Below are positions 24,508 to 37,363 of a stretch of 64,000 nucleotides of DNA, one piece after another. The notes under the pieces were generated by a model. That model made no database searches and was not told the origin of the DNA. It was given only the letters and a program-made list of their open reading frames with translations. The stretch is from a virus (lineage: Duplodnaviria > Caudoviricetes). Position 1 is the stretch's first letter. Each line of letters starts with the position of its first letter. Where the stretch lies: positions 182,685-246,684 of IMG/VR virus record IMGVR_UViG_3300037067_027684; one strand, given 5' to 3'. Position numbers and translations under genes: made by a program.

Positions 24508-26311
24508 GACTATCCCTCAATTTGTGAATCCGCTTCAACACAGATTTCTTAGTCCCAATAAAGAAGAATACATCTGGGTCTAGAGGTATTACGAATATTG
24601 GCTTTTTACCGGCTTTTTGAGCCAATTCAAAACCATTCATGAAAATCTCATAACCAGTTGAACCATCATTGTCGTAACCTCTTGTACAACCTGAGTCGGC
24701 TGCATCAGAAAGCTCATCATAGTCCTTCTTTTCGGCTAATTCAGTAATTTCTTGGTCCTGCTTGAAGTCCATTTGAATCTCCTTATTGCATCAATTTCTC
24801 GAACGCTTGTCGCCGCTTCTTAGCTGCCTGCATGACTTCTTCGTCTTCAGGGTATTTGTCCCCATGTTCTGAGACGATTTTGACACCAGTGTGGATTGCA
24901 ATTTGGTTGACCATCTCTTCAACGTCATTCCTGCCGTATCGGATAAAGTATCGAACGTACTTGGTACTACTGCCTCCATAGGCCCAAAGGTAGTCTGTGC
25001 TTTGGTCTGTGCGATACTTGAGGCATCGATCAGTTTTGGTCGTATCTTTGGTCTTTTCTTCTGTGATTCCTGGTGTTGAGAGTACATCCTTCCAGGTTAC
25101 TTTGTGTTTTCCTCTTCCGAAGAATTCGTAATCGCAACTCATTTTATTCTCCTTAACGGTCGTATGGCATTAACTTCCCGTTTTTAATCAATTCGACAAC
25201 CCCAACTACGTTGTCAATTGCTAACTCCTTAACTTCACCATTCCTTAATGTTACGTAGAGTTGTTCACCAGCTGGGTAAACTTGGATTGGTCCCAAATGG
25301 ACCGTATCTTTAAGGCAATCAAGGACGAGGAAGTCTTCACCATTACATTCATCGGGGTGGTTTTCGGTCACCACAATCATCCCGAGTTTTTCGAATTCTG
25401 TGATCAGTTGTTCTAGGCGCATTTTTAGTCCCATCCGATGTTCTGGCTTGCGGTTGTGTGGCGTTCGTCACCACCTGGAAGTTCACGTAGTTCCTTCATT
25501 CGCTTTTGCCAATATTCACCTGTTTCGCCTTGGAACCAGGGACTTCCTATTGGAGCGTTGCGCCAACGCTCTAGGAGGCTTTCATAGCTCATCCCATCGA
25601 TGTGAGCCTTGTTTTCTTTCGTGAGGTCCATTGGAATCTCCTTACAGCCGCTTCGCACATTTGGCAGAGCAGGCGACCGCACAGCCAGCGTCTTCGGGGT
25701 TGACTTCCGTGATCTTGCCACAGACTGCGCAAGGGACGTAGGCTACTTTCGCTTCCTTCACTCTGGCTAGGAGTTCTTTGTTGATTTCTTTTTCTGCGTC
25801 TCGGATTGCTTTGTCTGCTCTGGTTACATAGGGGTCTCCTTTGGAGGCGTCTCGACCGAAGCCGATTCGCATGAGGCTCAGGTATTGTGATCTGAGCATT
25901 CTGGTTGTTTCGAGAAGTTCGAACCAGATGTCTTTCTTCTGTTTCTTAGGCATGGGTTTCTCCTTTAACCAACGAACGGTACTTTATTTCTCTCGCTATC
26001 CCTGATCATCAGATCAAGAAGTATCGGCCCAATTCCCTCGCCAAGACAGCCTTGTTCAGCGAGCCATACGTCAGTGGAGGAGTTCATCTGAAACTCCCCA
26101 CCCTTCCACCCTATAAAAGTCTTACCAAGTGACGACTTAGCGCACTTTAGCATCTCACCAATTGTAACGTCTTTCATTGGCTCGAATGCGAGTTGGTCGT
26201 AATACCCTCGGTAGCTGTGTGGATTCCCGAATCCTTGTCGGGCTATCAGGGTTTTGTCTTGCTTGCTTAGAAAGTCGATCAGTTCTTCAAGTGTCATTAG
26301 TTTCTCCTTTG

Positions 26312-26689
26312 TCATCCCCGGTACTTCAAAGCGTGATACAAACATCTAACCATGAACTGCAAAGCTTCTTTTGAGAAGACAACATCGTACTTCCTAGCCA
26401 AGGCAATTCCCTTGTCCCAAGCGTCCTTCTCACAAGTGAACTTATAGACACCAAGATCAGTTATGCTGTCAATGTGGCAGTGGGGTCCAAGAATGTGGCC
26501 AACTTCGTGAAAGAAGGAGGCCAATCGAACGCTCTCATTCTTATACTTCCCAAGTAGGACTTCTCTGCCGATGACAAAACTTGCTTCTTGTAGGACTTTT
26601 CTGTCGATTGCCAAACTTGCTTCATCATAATTCCTAACTACTAGGTTGAAGTCATGAGCTACTTTCTTGATTATTTCGTCATTCGACAT
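26312..26689 (-). CDS. HExxH metallopeptidase-like protein
   Basis: SFFHEVGHI with a downstream CEKDAW glutamate. Confidence 0.5.
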   Translation of the reverse strand: MSNDEIIKKVAHDFNLVVRNYDEASLAIDRKVLQEASFVIGREVLLGKYKNESVRLASFFHEVGHILGPHCHIDSITDLGVYKFTCEKDAWDKGIALARKYDVVFSKEALQFMVRCLYHALKYRG

Positions 26690-29600
26690 TTTTATCTGTC
26701 CTTTAGTCTCCAGGCATTGGAGTGTTTACCGTTAACTTAAGAGCTTCTTGCAAAGCCAACCCAAGTTTAACCGCCATCGGGTTTAGCTTGATCACCTTCA
26801 GGAACTCGTCTTCCGTCTCAGGCAAGGCAAAGGATGATGGAGCATTTATTACTTTAACAGCTCCGGTTGATTTATTGTCAAGCACAAAACCAGCACCAGT
26901 TCGGGAATGTTCCCGCCTCCACTTCCCGTCCTTGGATTTCCAGCGGACAACACAAGGATGGAAGGAGACATGCAAATCATGAATATCCCCATAGAAGCAT
27001 ACCTCGACTTTTGTGCAATATGCTTTCATGTGGTCCTCCTTTCAACCCACTTGCCATCAACCACCCAACCCATATCGGCAGCATGATCTCTTAACTCATA
27101 GAATGAAATTGGCAAGTTAGGGAAGCGAGGCGGATCGACATCAACCCAAATGGTCTCAAACACCACCGTGGGTATTGACTTCATCGCCGTCAACCTATTA
27201 TAGACTTCCCTAAACGCATCCTTTGGGGAGTCGTAAGTCCCAACTTCCTTCATTTCAAAGGTGAGCTTGAACTTGCGTCGAAGTATCACATCTGTGGCCA
27301 AAATCTCCATTTTAGTCTCCATTCTTGGCCCTAGGGCCACTAACAATCATCCTTGAGACGGCGGTCACAACGTCATCAACGCCTTCAGAATCACGCCAGA
27401 TGAAAGTCCGTCCAACATGGGCTGCTCTGCAATCGAAACCTGCTCCATTCTCTTGGATGAGGATCACGTCTCCAAGGTAGATGACTTCGATGTTTCGATC
27501 CTCATTCAGGATGATCAGGCTTTCTTGGTTACGTTCGTGTTCTTTTTCGACTTTGTAATCCTTATTGAATGCTTCGACCAGAGCTTCGTGGCATTGGTTG
27601 TCGGTCATTTTAATCTCCTAGGAATTGCCTCAACTCAAACCAAGAGGCAAACTTCTTATCACCTTCAGAGCATCGGTCAATTGACCAATCCAGTGAAACT
27701 CGGAAGTAGCCGTTACAGAACCAAATGTGCCAATCTCCGACTTCAAAGGATTTGCCGCTGCGTAATGCTTCTTCTGTTATCTCCTGGATATAGGCATCTG
27801 CTGCTTCGTCTGTTCGAAGATTTCGCTCATCTTGCTCATCCATCTTCTTGGTTACTTCGGAGTATTTGTCAGTCATTTTAATCTCCTAGAAGAAATCGCC
27901 ACAAACTGTGGGTCATCTCCGTAAACCACAATTGAGCAACCAGGATCACCAAAAATCGGATCACCAAACACCCAATTAGGCGTCACAGAAAATTGCGCCA
28001 CTGTGCTTGGCCCGTATCGCTTCCCCAAGTAGGCGAGGATTGCCTCAAGGCCACTTGTCTCAAAGAAGTAAGTGGTCATTCCCTTGCGCCGTCGTTTGTG
28101 TCCTTCAGGGACGGGGAGTTCCTTGGCGATTGACCGCAACTTCTTAAGCACTGGCATCCAAGGCAGCGAGTCGTGAATTGACTTGGCACAGGGCGGTTCG
28201 TCTCGGTACTTAGCTCCGCATCGGTCACATTTCATTTTCGGCTCCTTATTGGTGAACATTAGCTTATCGAAATCGACTCGTAGTTTCTTCATTTTCGGCC
28301 CCTCTTTTTCAGTTCAAACCCCTCGGGGAGGTAGGCAATGTCGGCCATGATGAAGTTATCGCCATTACCTAGCTCGAAATCTGAGAAGCTGCATTTGTTT
28401 TTGAATTCCGGTTCCTCTTTATCCTCCTCATCTAAGCCATCATCACCAAAGGATGATTCATATTCTTCTGACATTTCTTTCTTGAGTTCAGCCAACGTTT
28501 CAGCGTGGATCAGTGAACCAGCTCCGGATGGTTCGTTCTGTTCGCAGACGTAAGCCCTGAGTACGAACAGGCCAGGGACGAATTTGGCGGGTTTGTCGTA
28601 TTGTGCGTTGCTCATTTTACCTCCACAAGTTCAAGTTTCTTATTGATTGAATCCCAGACGGGATCTGTCTGCGGGTTGCTCTTGCTCCGCATTAACTTCA
28701 GGACATCATCGCCAAGAGATTCAGGACAAGACGACGCTGAATCTCGGCATATTTCTAGGCATCTCAGAATGAGAGCTTTCTCTTTCTTAGTGAGGATCAT
28801 TTTGGTCTCCTTAGCGTGAGAACATTTGGATTGCCAACATCTTCTTACGATTCTCGCTGAAATCGTCGTAGAATTCCTCGTCAAGACTAGACGCTTCCTT
28901 CAGAGGCTCTTCATCCAGAAAACCAAGGTCTCCGTCAGCCACTAGGATTACGGCGCTCTCATTCGGTGGGAGTGCCGCAAAATGCTTAGCTGCTTGTTCG
29001 TTTGTCATTTGGCCTCCAGTTTGTAAAGAGGTGGCTCACCAAGAAGTGCCCTTGCTTCATCGGCGATTCGGCAATTCTCCCAAGTATCGGGGAATGCACA
29101 CTCGTAAGCGCCATCTGCGTAGCGGGTCAACTCACGAACCATGTCTTCAAGTTCCTGAATCCTACAATCACTGCAGATGAATTTCTTTGTGAGTGTTGGA
29201 GTTTCTTTCTTACATCTTTCGCAAATCATATTGACTCCTTCTTAGCTCAGCATCTTGATTGGGTAGGAGCACGGTGAAACCAAGTGCTCAACCTTCACAC
29301 CCCTCTCACCAAACACCCGCACAGCCCACTTTCGGATGACAACTGGGACATCATACCACCTGATTGCTCTGTACCAACCACTACCAGGGAAGAATTCCCC
29401 TTCCTTCTCGACTCGTTCAACGAAGAAGGAAACGCAGCCTCGTCCTTGGTATTCGGCCTTCCATTTCCGGCCTTTCTTGGTCACGTAGTTGATCTCGTTT
29501 CTGCTCATTTTAATCTCCTTTTAGAATTTAACAGCAAACACCCCATTCGGGCATTTCTTAATCAAGAGTTGATTGTCCTTATCAAGGAGTGGAATTGTAT

Positions 29601-29758
29601 CAAGCCTGTTCACCGCGTACATGTCGGACCCTCTCACGAAGGGAAAGAAGCCCTCCAATTCGGGATCAGCATTTATTACTGCTTGGATCACCGCAACCTT
29701 ATCTAATTGGGCTTGGAGGTCACTCATGTTTCATCCTCACTTCTCATGTCGAATCTCC

Positions 29759-30859
29759 TTATTTCGGAAGTCCGACGATCTTCTCTGGGGGTTTAAAACC
29801 AATGATCTTAGTTGTCTTTGGCTTTTTCCCAAGCAACTTCAACATCGCCCTGAAATCCCTCTGCTCTTTCTTGCGCTTAGCCAACTCCAATTTAGCGTTC
29901 TTGATGAACCTCTTGACTTCACTCAATCCAACTTCTGCCCTCGCCCTAAGAGCCTCATGAACCGAAACTGGGTCAGGATCGCAATAATGGTCATGTATCT
30001 TACCCGCAGCATCAATGTCACAGATTGGGTATTGACAACCACACAATGAGACATAGATCCTGCCCTTTTTCTCTCCGACTTTCTCCCTTGAGATAGAGAA
30101 GCTATTGAAGTACAAAGTGCGTTGACTCTCCCTGTGTTTGATATTCTGACCGAGAGTTCTCTTCAACAAGTCCCGCAAATACTTGACATCAGATTCTTCG
30201 AAAGTCTCAATGTGATGATCTTCTGGCAAGCAGTCAATGAAGACTTCCAATTGACCAATTCGATTGAAATAAATCTCATTGATCATTGGGTGTTCAGATT
30301 TTGTTACGTCCTTATGCATAAAGCGAATTCGCGGGCCTTCGTTGTAGCCATCGCCAACACCACCAACTGCGGTGAAGTGTAACTCGCGTCCATCTTCGCG
30401 GGTAAACCACAAGCAAGATCGCTTCCCGAGTTCAGTCTTCTTGCCGCCGAACTTCTCACCTAGGGCATCGACTTGCTCCACTGAGAGTTGGTCATGGAAG
30501 ACTTTGTCATTCCGTGATTTCTGGGATTCATCGATTACCGCTTGAGCTTTCTTAGTCAGTTCCTTCTCAGTCCCGAAGAGGATTGTGACATGCATCCACT
30601 CACCATCTAAATCGTTCAGCCACCAGATTTTGCGACCTTTGGCTTTCTCAGTGACTTTGTTCTCACCCGCAACGACCATTTCTGAGAATTCGCCAGAGCG
30701 AGCGTGTGTGTCGAGTGAGTACATCCAGTCGCATTGGAGGTCTTCTTCTTCTTCGTTGACCTTCCACATTGAGTAGACTAGCTTCTCCAACTTTGGTCCA
30801 ACCATTTTCCAGCCGCGTTTGTTCAGTACTGCTTCTGCAACTTCCCAGACTTTAGACAT
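29759..30859 (-). CDS. hypothetical protein
   Basis: 366-aa ORF with an AGGAG RBS. Confidence 0.7.
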   Translation of the reverse strand: MSKVWEVAEAVLNKRGWKMVGPKLEKLVYSMWKVNEEEEDLQCDWMYSLDTHARSGEFSEMVVAGENKVTEKAKGRKIWWLNDLDGEWMHVTILFGTEKELTKKAQAVIDESQKSRNDKVFHDQLSVEQVDALGEKFGGKKTELGKRSCLWFTREDGRELHFTAVGGVGDGYNEGPRIRFMHKDVTKSEHPMINEIYFNRIGQLEVFIDCLPEDHHIETFEESDVKYLRDLLKRTLGQNIKHRESQRTLYFNSFSISREKVGEKKGRIYVSLCGCQYPICDIDAAGKIHDHYCDPDPVSVHEALRARAEVGLSEVKRFIKNAKLELAKRKKEQRDFRAMLKLLGKKPKTTKIIGFKPPEKIVGLPK

Positions 30860-31798
30860 TTTGTAATCTCCTGTTTCCACCGTGGAAATGAAATTTATGG
30901 CTTCAAGCCAGCCTTATTCAAAGCTCGTGCGCAGATCAAGGCGAAATTCCGCTTTGCGAATTCAGCCACAAACTTGAAACCTTTCTTATCCTCAAACACA
31001 ATGTCCCACGAGATTGTAGGAGTGCATTTTCCACCAACCTCACAGTTTAGACATCGCTTCACTATGAACTTAGACTTCTTTGACTTAGCCATTTGACCTC
31101 CTAATACGTTGGAATTTCTATGAAACATCCGCTTGGAAGCTTCACCATTCCTCTCCGGTCACCCAACTCCGCCCACCTGTAAGCCTCAGATTCAGACTTC
31201 ACAGCAACCATAGCAATCTTGTCATTCAACAACGTCTGTTCACGATCAAGAACCAAACCCGAATGCCTTAAAGCCTTCTCCATTCCACCAAGACTCCATT
31301 CACCACCAACCTCATCCCATTGAACGCGCATCAGGCACCTCCAAAGTTCCCCGCAATGCACGAGCAAAATCTTCTTGAGTCCAACCACTAGCACGAAGCC
31401 GCTCAACCTCAGCTTCAGCCTCAGCCAGAACTTCAGCCTTGGTTAAAATCTTGCCCCACGGACGCTTGCACCTTGGACAACGCAGGATTCGATCCTTATC
31501 AGAATCAACTTGAACCAAACACCTTGGGCATCTCATTTCATTCTCCTTAGTACTTAGACAAATCGCAAACTTTGATCTCCCTTTGAAACCGTCGATGCTT
31601 GTATCCAGAGAATAAGCAACTGGATCTGACGCAAATCAAATAATCCAAAGCATCTCTGACTTCTAAAGAATCTGGGGCTTCAGATAGAATCTTAATCAAC
31701 TTTTCGCAAATTAGCGTAACTCCGCCACGTCCTTTGCCTCTGCTGCTTAGGAAGCGGTTCATTTTACTGTGTTTCAAGAATATTTCCTCCGTGGAAAC

Positions 31799-31826
31799 AG
31801 GGATACCCCGTTGAGGAGTATCCCTG
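31799..31826 (-). terminator. GC-rich hairpin, probable intrinsic terminator
   Basis: CAGGGATAC...GTATCCCTG inverted repeat downstream of 31861..32181. Confidence 0.5.
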
Positions 31827-31860
31827 CTTATTAATCAGTCAATTTAGAGGTGGGAGCTAC

Positions 31861-32181
31861 TCAGATTTCGTCTAATGCACTGTCCAATTTTGCGTCAAAA
31901 TCAGACGTACTCCATTTCAAAGCTTCAGCAATAGCCTGCGAGGCGGTCAGATCACCACCTTCTGCGTCATTGGGATCTTCAGCGGGCCAGAGTCCGTAAT
32001 AGAAGTTATTTGGTTGCTCTGAAGCTCCACGAAGGACGTAGACCTTCTTAGCTCCTCCTATAACCAGAGCATTCCTGGGTGAAGCATTCAGGTAAGCTTC
32101 CATTTCAGGTAGGCTCTTCTTAACCAGAGGTTGATCAGCCAACACTTCGTCATTCGTTAGGCACACCAATGTCGAATCCAC
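31861..32181 (-). CDS. hypothetical protein directly downstream of twister 1
   Basis: GGAGGTG RBS then GTG at 32181; the track's longer start reads through the ribozyme. Confidence 0.65.
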   Translation of the reverse strand: MDSTLVCLTNDEVLADQPLVKKSLPEMEAYLNASPRNALVIGGAKKVYVLRGASEQPNNFYYGLWPAEDPNDAEGGDLTASQAIAEALKWSTSDFDAKLDSALDEI

Positions 32182-32193
32182 TTTCACCTCCCT

Positions 32194-32267
32194 CAGGACT
32201 TGGGACCTGTCTCTTTCCGGACTGGAAAGAGAGTTCCTTACAGAGGGAATCACCCTCTGCCCTCGGT
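32194..32267 (-). ncRNA. twister ribozyme 1 (P5-type permutation), predicted cleavage 32240/32239
   Basis: cc-GA-GGG-[cagaggg/ccctctg]-UAA-gga-AC-[P3]-CAGG-UCCCAAGU-CCUG; all core elements present. Confidence 0.85.
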
Positions 32268-32759
32268 CTCATCCGGCTCCAACTCACGCTCACGATCAAT
32301 AAGCCTCTGATACAACGGATGAACCTCAGGCTCCACAGAACTAGTCACCGGAACCTTAGTCCCAGACGGAACCTTGCCAGTAAAGTAAAAATTCGGATCG
32401 CCATTCCCAATAAAAGCATCCTCATCCTCAAACGGCAAAGAACCACCAATAGAACTCCGATCAGCACTTGAAAAACCAGTCCACACCCCAATCGAACCAT
32501 CCCTCAACAACAGAACCTCAGACCACTCACCAATATCATTAACAGATTTTGCATTCAAAACCTGCTGAACATCCGCATCTCCCTCACTAAACCCATAATT
32601 CTTCACCATATTCGCAGCCACCAACTTCTTATACAAGGGTAACGCAGCTTCCTCATTGTCAAAAGCAATTGCATAAGGAGATTCATCCATCTCATCAACA
32701 ACCACAAATCGACCACCAGTCATCAGCGCCTCATCCAGTTTCTTGTCAAAATCAGCCAT
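32250..32759 (-). CDS. hypothetical protein; stop codon lies in the P1 loop of twister 1
   Basis: AGGAGGTG RBS before the ATG at 32759. Confidence 0.7.
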   Translation of the reverse strand: MADFDKKLDEALMTGGRFVVVDEMDESPYAIAFDNEEAALPLYKKLVAANMVKNYGFSEGDADVQQVLNAKSVNDIGEWSEVLLLRDGSIGVWTGFSSADRSSIGGSLPFEDEDAFIGNGDPNFYFTGKVPSGTKVPVTSSVEPEVHPLYQRLIDRERELEPDETEGRG

Positions 32760-34619
32760 CCAACACCTCCTCAACATTTATTTTTACTCCTTAAAGTTTC
32801 TTCAACACAGACTCCATGTCGGGCCTCAACGCAGAAGCCACACTAACAAACAATGGCTTCTCACCCTTCAGATGCCTCCCCAGAGTTGTCTGACGAATCG
32901 TGGACTCAAACTTCTTAATAATTTCAGAGAACACCGAATCCAAACCACGCTGAAGCTTGATATTCCTCATCTCAACAATCTTGCTCATGTCCCGTAAGAG
33001 AACCGAAACCAGACAACTCACAGCCACCGTCTCAGTATCAACCCACCCAGACGGAGCCGCAGCAACAAACTCATCAAGAACCTTGGCGTATTCCTTCGAT
33101 TTGCTCTTCTCCTTCAAAGCAGCCATTAATTCAGCGCTCTTCCCTTCCCACAATTTCTTGAGTTCTGCTTCATCCATTATTGTTTCCTTTTAAATTCGCC
33201 GTGGTGCTTAACCCAAATTGCAATGTACCGATCCCGATCAGCTTCAGTCCAACTTGGGTCAGGTCGAGCAAAACGCTCATCAAGGAATGCCCCGACTTCC
33301 CTCAGGTAGGCTAGTGATTTCTCCTTCTCAGCGGTGTGAGCAGGAGAGACTTCTGTGCCGCGACTATTGGTCATTCTTCCTCCTCATCAACTCTGCCAAT
33401 GAACATCATCAAACCCTCAAGGCTAACGATCTTATCGGCCTTGAAAGGCTGATTGAATTCTTCAACATCAGAGTTGACAATATCTCCACGAGCCTCAACC
33501 GCATCAACAAATTCACGAACCTCCTCTTCACTCGATCCTGTAACCCCGAAAACCCAGGGCTGATTCTCCATGTTATGGTAATGAACTCTGACACCCTTAG
33601 CGCAGTTAATCATTTCTCCTCCTTATTACTCTTCCTCATCTTCATCCTCGCCCTCACCATCCGGATCAGGCTCCTGAAAATTCAACGTCAAACGAGTCGG
33701 GTCATCTTCATTTTCATAATCCAAAATCTCCAACCCATCCTTCCGTCCCGCCACAAACTCCTTAACCTTTACCACCTCATCTGGCGTCAAGTTCGATACA
33801 GAAAATAACAATCACCACAAATAAGATCAAAATCATGCTGGGGCATGTACTCTGTATCAACCTTCTCCTTCCCAACCAGCTTCTTCAAATCCCGAAGAAT
33901 CTTAGCTCTCTCAAGCATACTTGTCTCCTCTCATTCGTAGGGGCACCACTGACACGCATTCTTAGCCAAACTCATTCCTTACCTCCTTTCAAACACCGAG
34001 TCGGTCGAATTCTGGAATTTCAACCCACACTGAGAGCAGAACCTCCGCGCCTCAGCACAACTAACAAACGGCAACTTATTCAACCGTTCACCACCCGAAT
34101 CCAACAACCACACGCCATCCTTCTCAGATGAAACCCGCACAACCTCTCCACTCTTCTGAATCAAATCCAAATTGCTCATTCTACTCATTGTACCCCTCCT
34201 TTCACAAAGTTCAATGCGTTGTCATTCATGTTGTTGAAGAATTCATTTATGTCACAACTGGGGATAACAGCCAAATCCTGAACAACCCCTTCACCAGTCA
34301 ACACCCCAACACTCTCACTAACCAATTCCCAACCCAAACAACCACAACCACGACCACCATGAACATCAAAACACTCAGCAACCAATCGACCAGCGCCGAA
34401 ACGAGTCTTCAAAAAATCAACAACCGAAGTATGCTTAGCGGGGCCAAAAACCAAAGCCCAACACCCATTAGGCTGATCACACCCACCAGAACCCTGAAAA
34501 ACAAAGAACCTCTGATTGACATCCAGAACCTTGCTCATCGTACCTAGAGCCTCAGTCTTAAACCAACTAAGTGCCTCTTCTCCAACAAAATTCTTCATCT
34601 TTTTCTTCCCTTTCAATGA

Positions 34620-34937
34620 TTAAGGTTTGGGTTTGGAGACATCGCACGTCTCCTTCAAAATTCGAGCACTCACAACCACGTACTCATCAGCAGGCAAACG
34701 CATCTGTTGGTAAACCCTGGCGAACAAATCCCCAGGTTGAGAATCACGAGCAATCTTCTCACCATCAAGAGTACACTTCAAAATCCCAATCCAATAATCC
34801 CGCGAATCACGTAATGCCTGACAATCCAACGAATTAGGATCACGCTTCACAGCATCGCAAATCCGAAGCGTATAACCAGAAATTCTCTCCTCCAGAGCAA
34901 CAACAAAAGCTTGACGAGCAATCTCGAAAGTTTTCAT
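34620..34937 (-). CDS. hypothetical protein directly downstream of twister 2
   Basis: GGAGG RBS overlapping the end of P4; ATG at 34937. Confidence 0.65.
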   Translation of the reverse strand: MKTFEIARQAFVVALEERISGYTLRICDAVKRDPNSLDCQALRDSRDYWIGILKCTLDGEKIARDSQPGDLFARVYQQMRLPADEYVVVSARILKETCDVSKPKP

Positions 34938-34945
34938 GAAACCTC

Positions 34946-35018
34946 CCTGGACTTGGGACCAGGACCCTTTCCACCGTGGAAGGGTGGCCTTACGGGGAGT
35001 CAACCTCCCCGCCCTCGG
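34946..35018 (-). ncRNA. twister ribozyme 2, predicted cleavage 34992/34991
   Basis: cc-GAGGG-[cggggag/ctccccg]-UAA-ggcc-AC-[P3]-CCUGG-UCCCAAGU-CCAGG. Confidence 0.8.
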
Positions 35019-35330
35019 TTACCGAACAGCATGAATCTCAAACCCCTCAACCGGCACATAAACCTCACGAGTCCTAAAAGACAACGCATGCTGCCACCCA
35101 TCAACATAAGGGACGCAAACATCCTGCTTCTCCAACCTGTGTAGAGCCTCCTTCGCCTCATCGTTATTCTCATCCCGCACTTCAGAACCGAGAACCAACT
35201 CCAAATCAGCAATAACCTCGTTCGCCTCCTCCTGAGTGCCAACAACCACCAAATTGCCGGTGTCAGGCGCATTCCCATCGTAGTCACCGTAAACCGCAAC
35301 CTTCTCCTCACAGACAACCTTCTTACCCAT
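35019..35330 (-). CDS. hypothetical protein ending immediately before twister 2
   Basis: AGGAGGTG RBS; TAA at 35021-35019. Confidence 0.65.
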   Translation of the reverse strand: MGKKVVCEEKVAVYGDYDGNAPDTGNLVVVGTQEEANEVIADLELVLGSEVRDENNDEAKEALHRLEKQDVCVPYVDGWQHALSFRTREVYVPVEGFEIHAVR

Positions 35331-36771
35331 TCAACACCTCCTTGACTTACATCCACTCACTCAACTTAAACCTCGGATCAACCTTCAACGCAGCCTTCAC
35401 AGCCTTAGCTGTCGCTACCCCACTCTTAGACTTCTTCCAAGCAGCCACACTCCCCCACTCACCACCAACCTCCTCCAAATGAGTAGCCTCCGCCTCAGCC
35501 GCATCAGCAAAAAGCTCAGCAACCTCAAGGTGATTCAACTCCTCAAAATGCTCAGCAATAGACGCACAACCATCAGCATGAATCCCAGAACCCTGATGCC
35601 ACCGAGACGCCTTCGCCGCAGCCTCAAAAGCCCTAACAGAAGGTTTCTTCGACTCAGACATTTCACACCTCCTAATCATTATCAGCCAAATACTGCTTAT
35701 TCAGACCCGCCAGAACATTAAGGATGTCAATGTGAAGCACATAAGCCTTCGCCCGATCATCCTTTTCAGGCAAATCCTGCCACTTCTCAAGCATCTTCGC
35801 AATCGAATCCAACTCACGAAATTCAAGAACAATCCTACCAGGATCTGCATCCGCAACGTAAATCTCCAACCTATTCAAGAAACCACGCATAACCTCAGCA
35901 TCATAATGCGACTTAGTACAAGCCCCAATAAGCCGTACATCCTCCCTCGAAAGCAACAATTCCGCCTTGGGAGTCCTGATAATCTTAGTCAGCGTCATTT
36001 GAACCTCCTAATTTTAAGGAACATAACTTTCTTCATTGTACTTCTCCATTTGCATCCTAATCATCAACCGAATAATCTTCTGAGCCTTAGGATCATTCGG
36101 AAAATGCAAAGCACCACTACCCTCACCACTCAACCACCAAAAACTCAACGGAATGCTGTTGACAGTAGTTCCAAGACAAGGCAAATGATCGTCAACCCAA
36201 TAATCAACAACCTTGACCCTAATCATCTCCTTGCCAGCTAAAGCCTTTCGAAGCCTCTCCTGCTCCTTCTCAGTCAACTCATTGAAAAACCGCTTGAATT
36301 TAGTGACCTTCATTACTCCCTCCTGGAAGTTCCAAATCCTCAACAACCTCACCACTCACACCCTTAACCCTCGGACGAGCAGCCATCCACCCACCCATCG
36401 GGTGCGGCTCCAATAGCCCCTGTCTCGCCATATCACATAAGAACTGCCCAACCAATTCACGATCAACCCACTTCTCCAGCCCAAAACCCGAATACTCAGT
36501 CGGAATCTGAGCCAGAAAACCAACCCCACTCCTCGCCCTCTCCAAATCCTCCTTCAACAACTCAGCAACCTGCCTCTTCACCCAAGCACGAGCAGCATTG
36601 TACGCAGGACGTGGGATAACCCCAGTAAACCGCTGCTGATGCAACCTCCGATTCACCCCACCATTCCGAAGTTGAAGCTGAGTCTGCCGAATCCTCAACT
36701 TATGCTCAGCAATCATCGCCTCAGCCTTCTCAGGTGGCAGCATCCTCCGACAAATCCCCTCAAAGTCCATT

Positions 36772-36987
36772 TCAACCTCCCTTCTTCACGTTGACAAACT
36801 TAATCGTAAAATCCTCCCCCTCAGGCAGAGATTCATCAACAATCATTTCAATCTGCCTCGTCAACTGCTTGACAGTCAATGGGGTCTTGCTCGCACCCCA
36901 ATACCACAATCCAACATTCCTCTGACTACTCTTGCCTGGGACCCTCGGTTTCACGAATGAACCAGCTTTGGTAACTATGACTACCAT
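36772..36987 (-). CDS. hypothetical protein downstream of twister 3
   Basis: GGAGG RBS embedded in a TTTCC-N5-GGAAA dyad; ATG at 36987. Confidence 0.6.
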   Translation of the reverse strand: MVVIVTKAGSFVKPRVPGKSSQRNVGLWYWGASKTPLTVKQLTRQIEMIVDESLPEGEDFTIKFVNVKKGG

Positions 36988-37019
36988 CTTATTTCCTCCA
37001 TGGAAAGAGAAAGTATTTT

Positions 37020-37086
37020 CTGGACTTGGGACCAGACCCACTTTCAGTGGGGGCCTTACACCCCAAAGGGGAGGGGTGCCCTCGGC
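37020..37086 (-). ncRNA. twister ribozyme 3, predicted cleavage 37058/37057
   Basis: gcc-GAGGG-[cacccc/ggggtg]-UAA-ggc-..-[P3]-CUGG-UCCCAAGU-CCAG; second pseudoknot partner imperfect. Confidence 0.7.
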
Positions 37087-37304
37087 TAATAACAATAACC
37101 ACCATGACTGTGAATAACATGCACCACCTTAAACCGACCCCCACCAACTTCCTCTTAGAAAAAGAAAGAAGAGGCCCATTCAAACCCAACAAAACCTCAC
37201 GCGGATCGTCACACTTATCAGCCTTATAAAAATCACCAACCCTCAACAACCTCCGAAACCTCCGATCCCTATAACTCCAAACCCCATAAGTCTTCCTCAT
37301 AACT

Positions 37305-37363
37305 CCTCCTTATTCACCACCAACCACACACCTCCTTATTCACCACCAACCACACACCTCCTT
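37305..37363 (-). repeat. 26-bp tandem repeat (about 2.3 copies), each unit an RBS plus a 5-codon ORF
   Basis: Minus strand reads AAGGAGG-tgt-GTG GTT GGT GGT GAA TAA twice. Confidence 0.8.

Larger units (their letters stand above)
16726..31777 (-). other. array of about 50 short co-oriented hypothetical phage genes
   Basis: Abutting or overlapping ORFs (ATGA overlaps), many preceded by AGGAG/GGAG; typical jumbo-phage accessory region. Confidence 0.8.
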
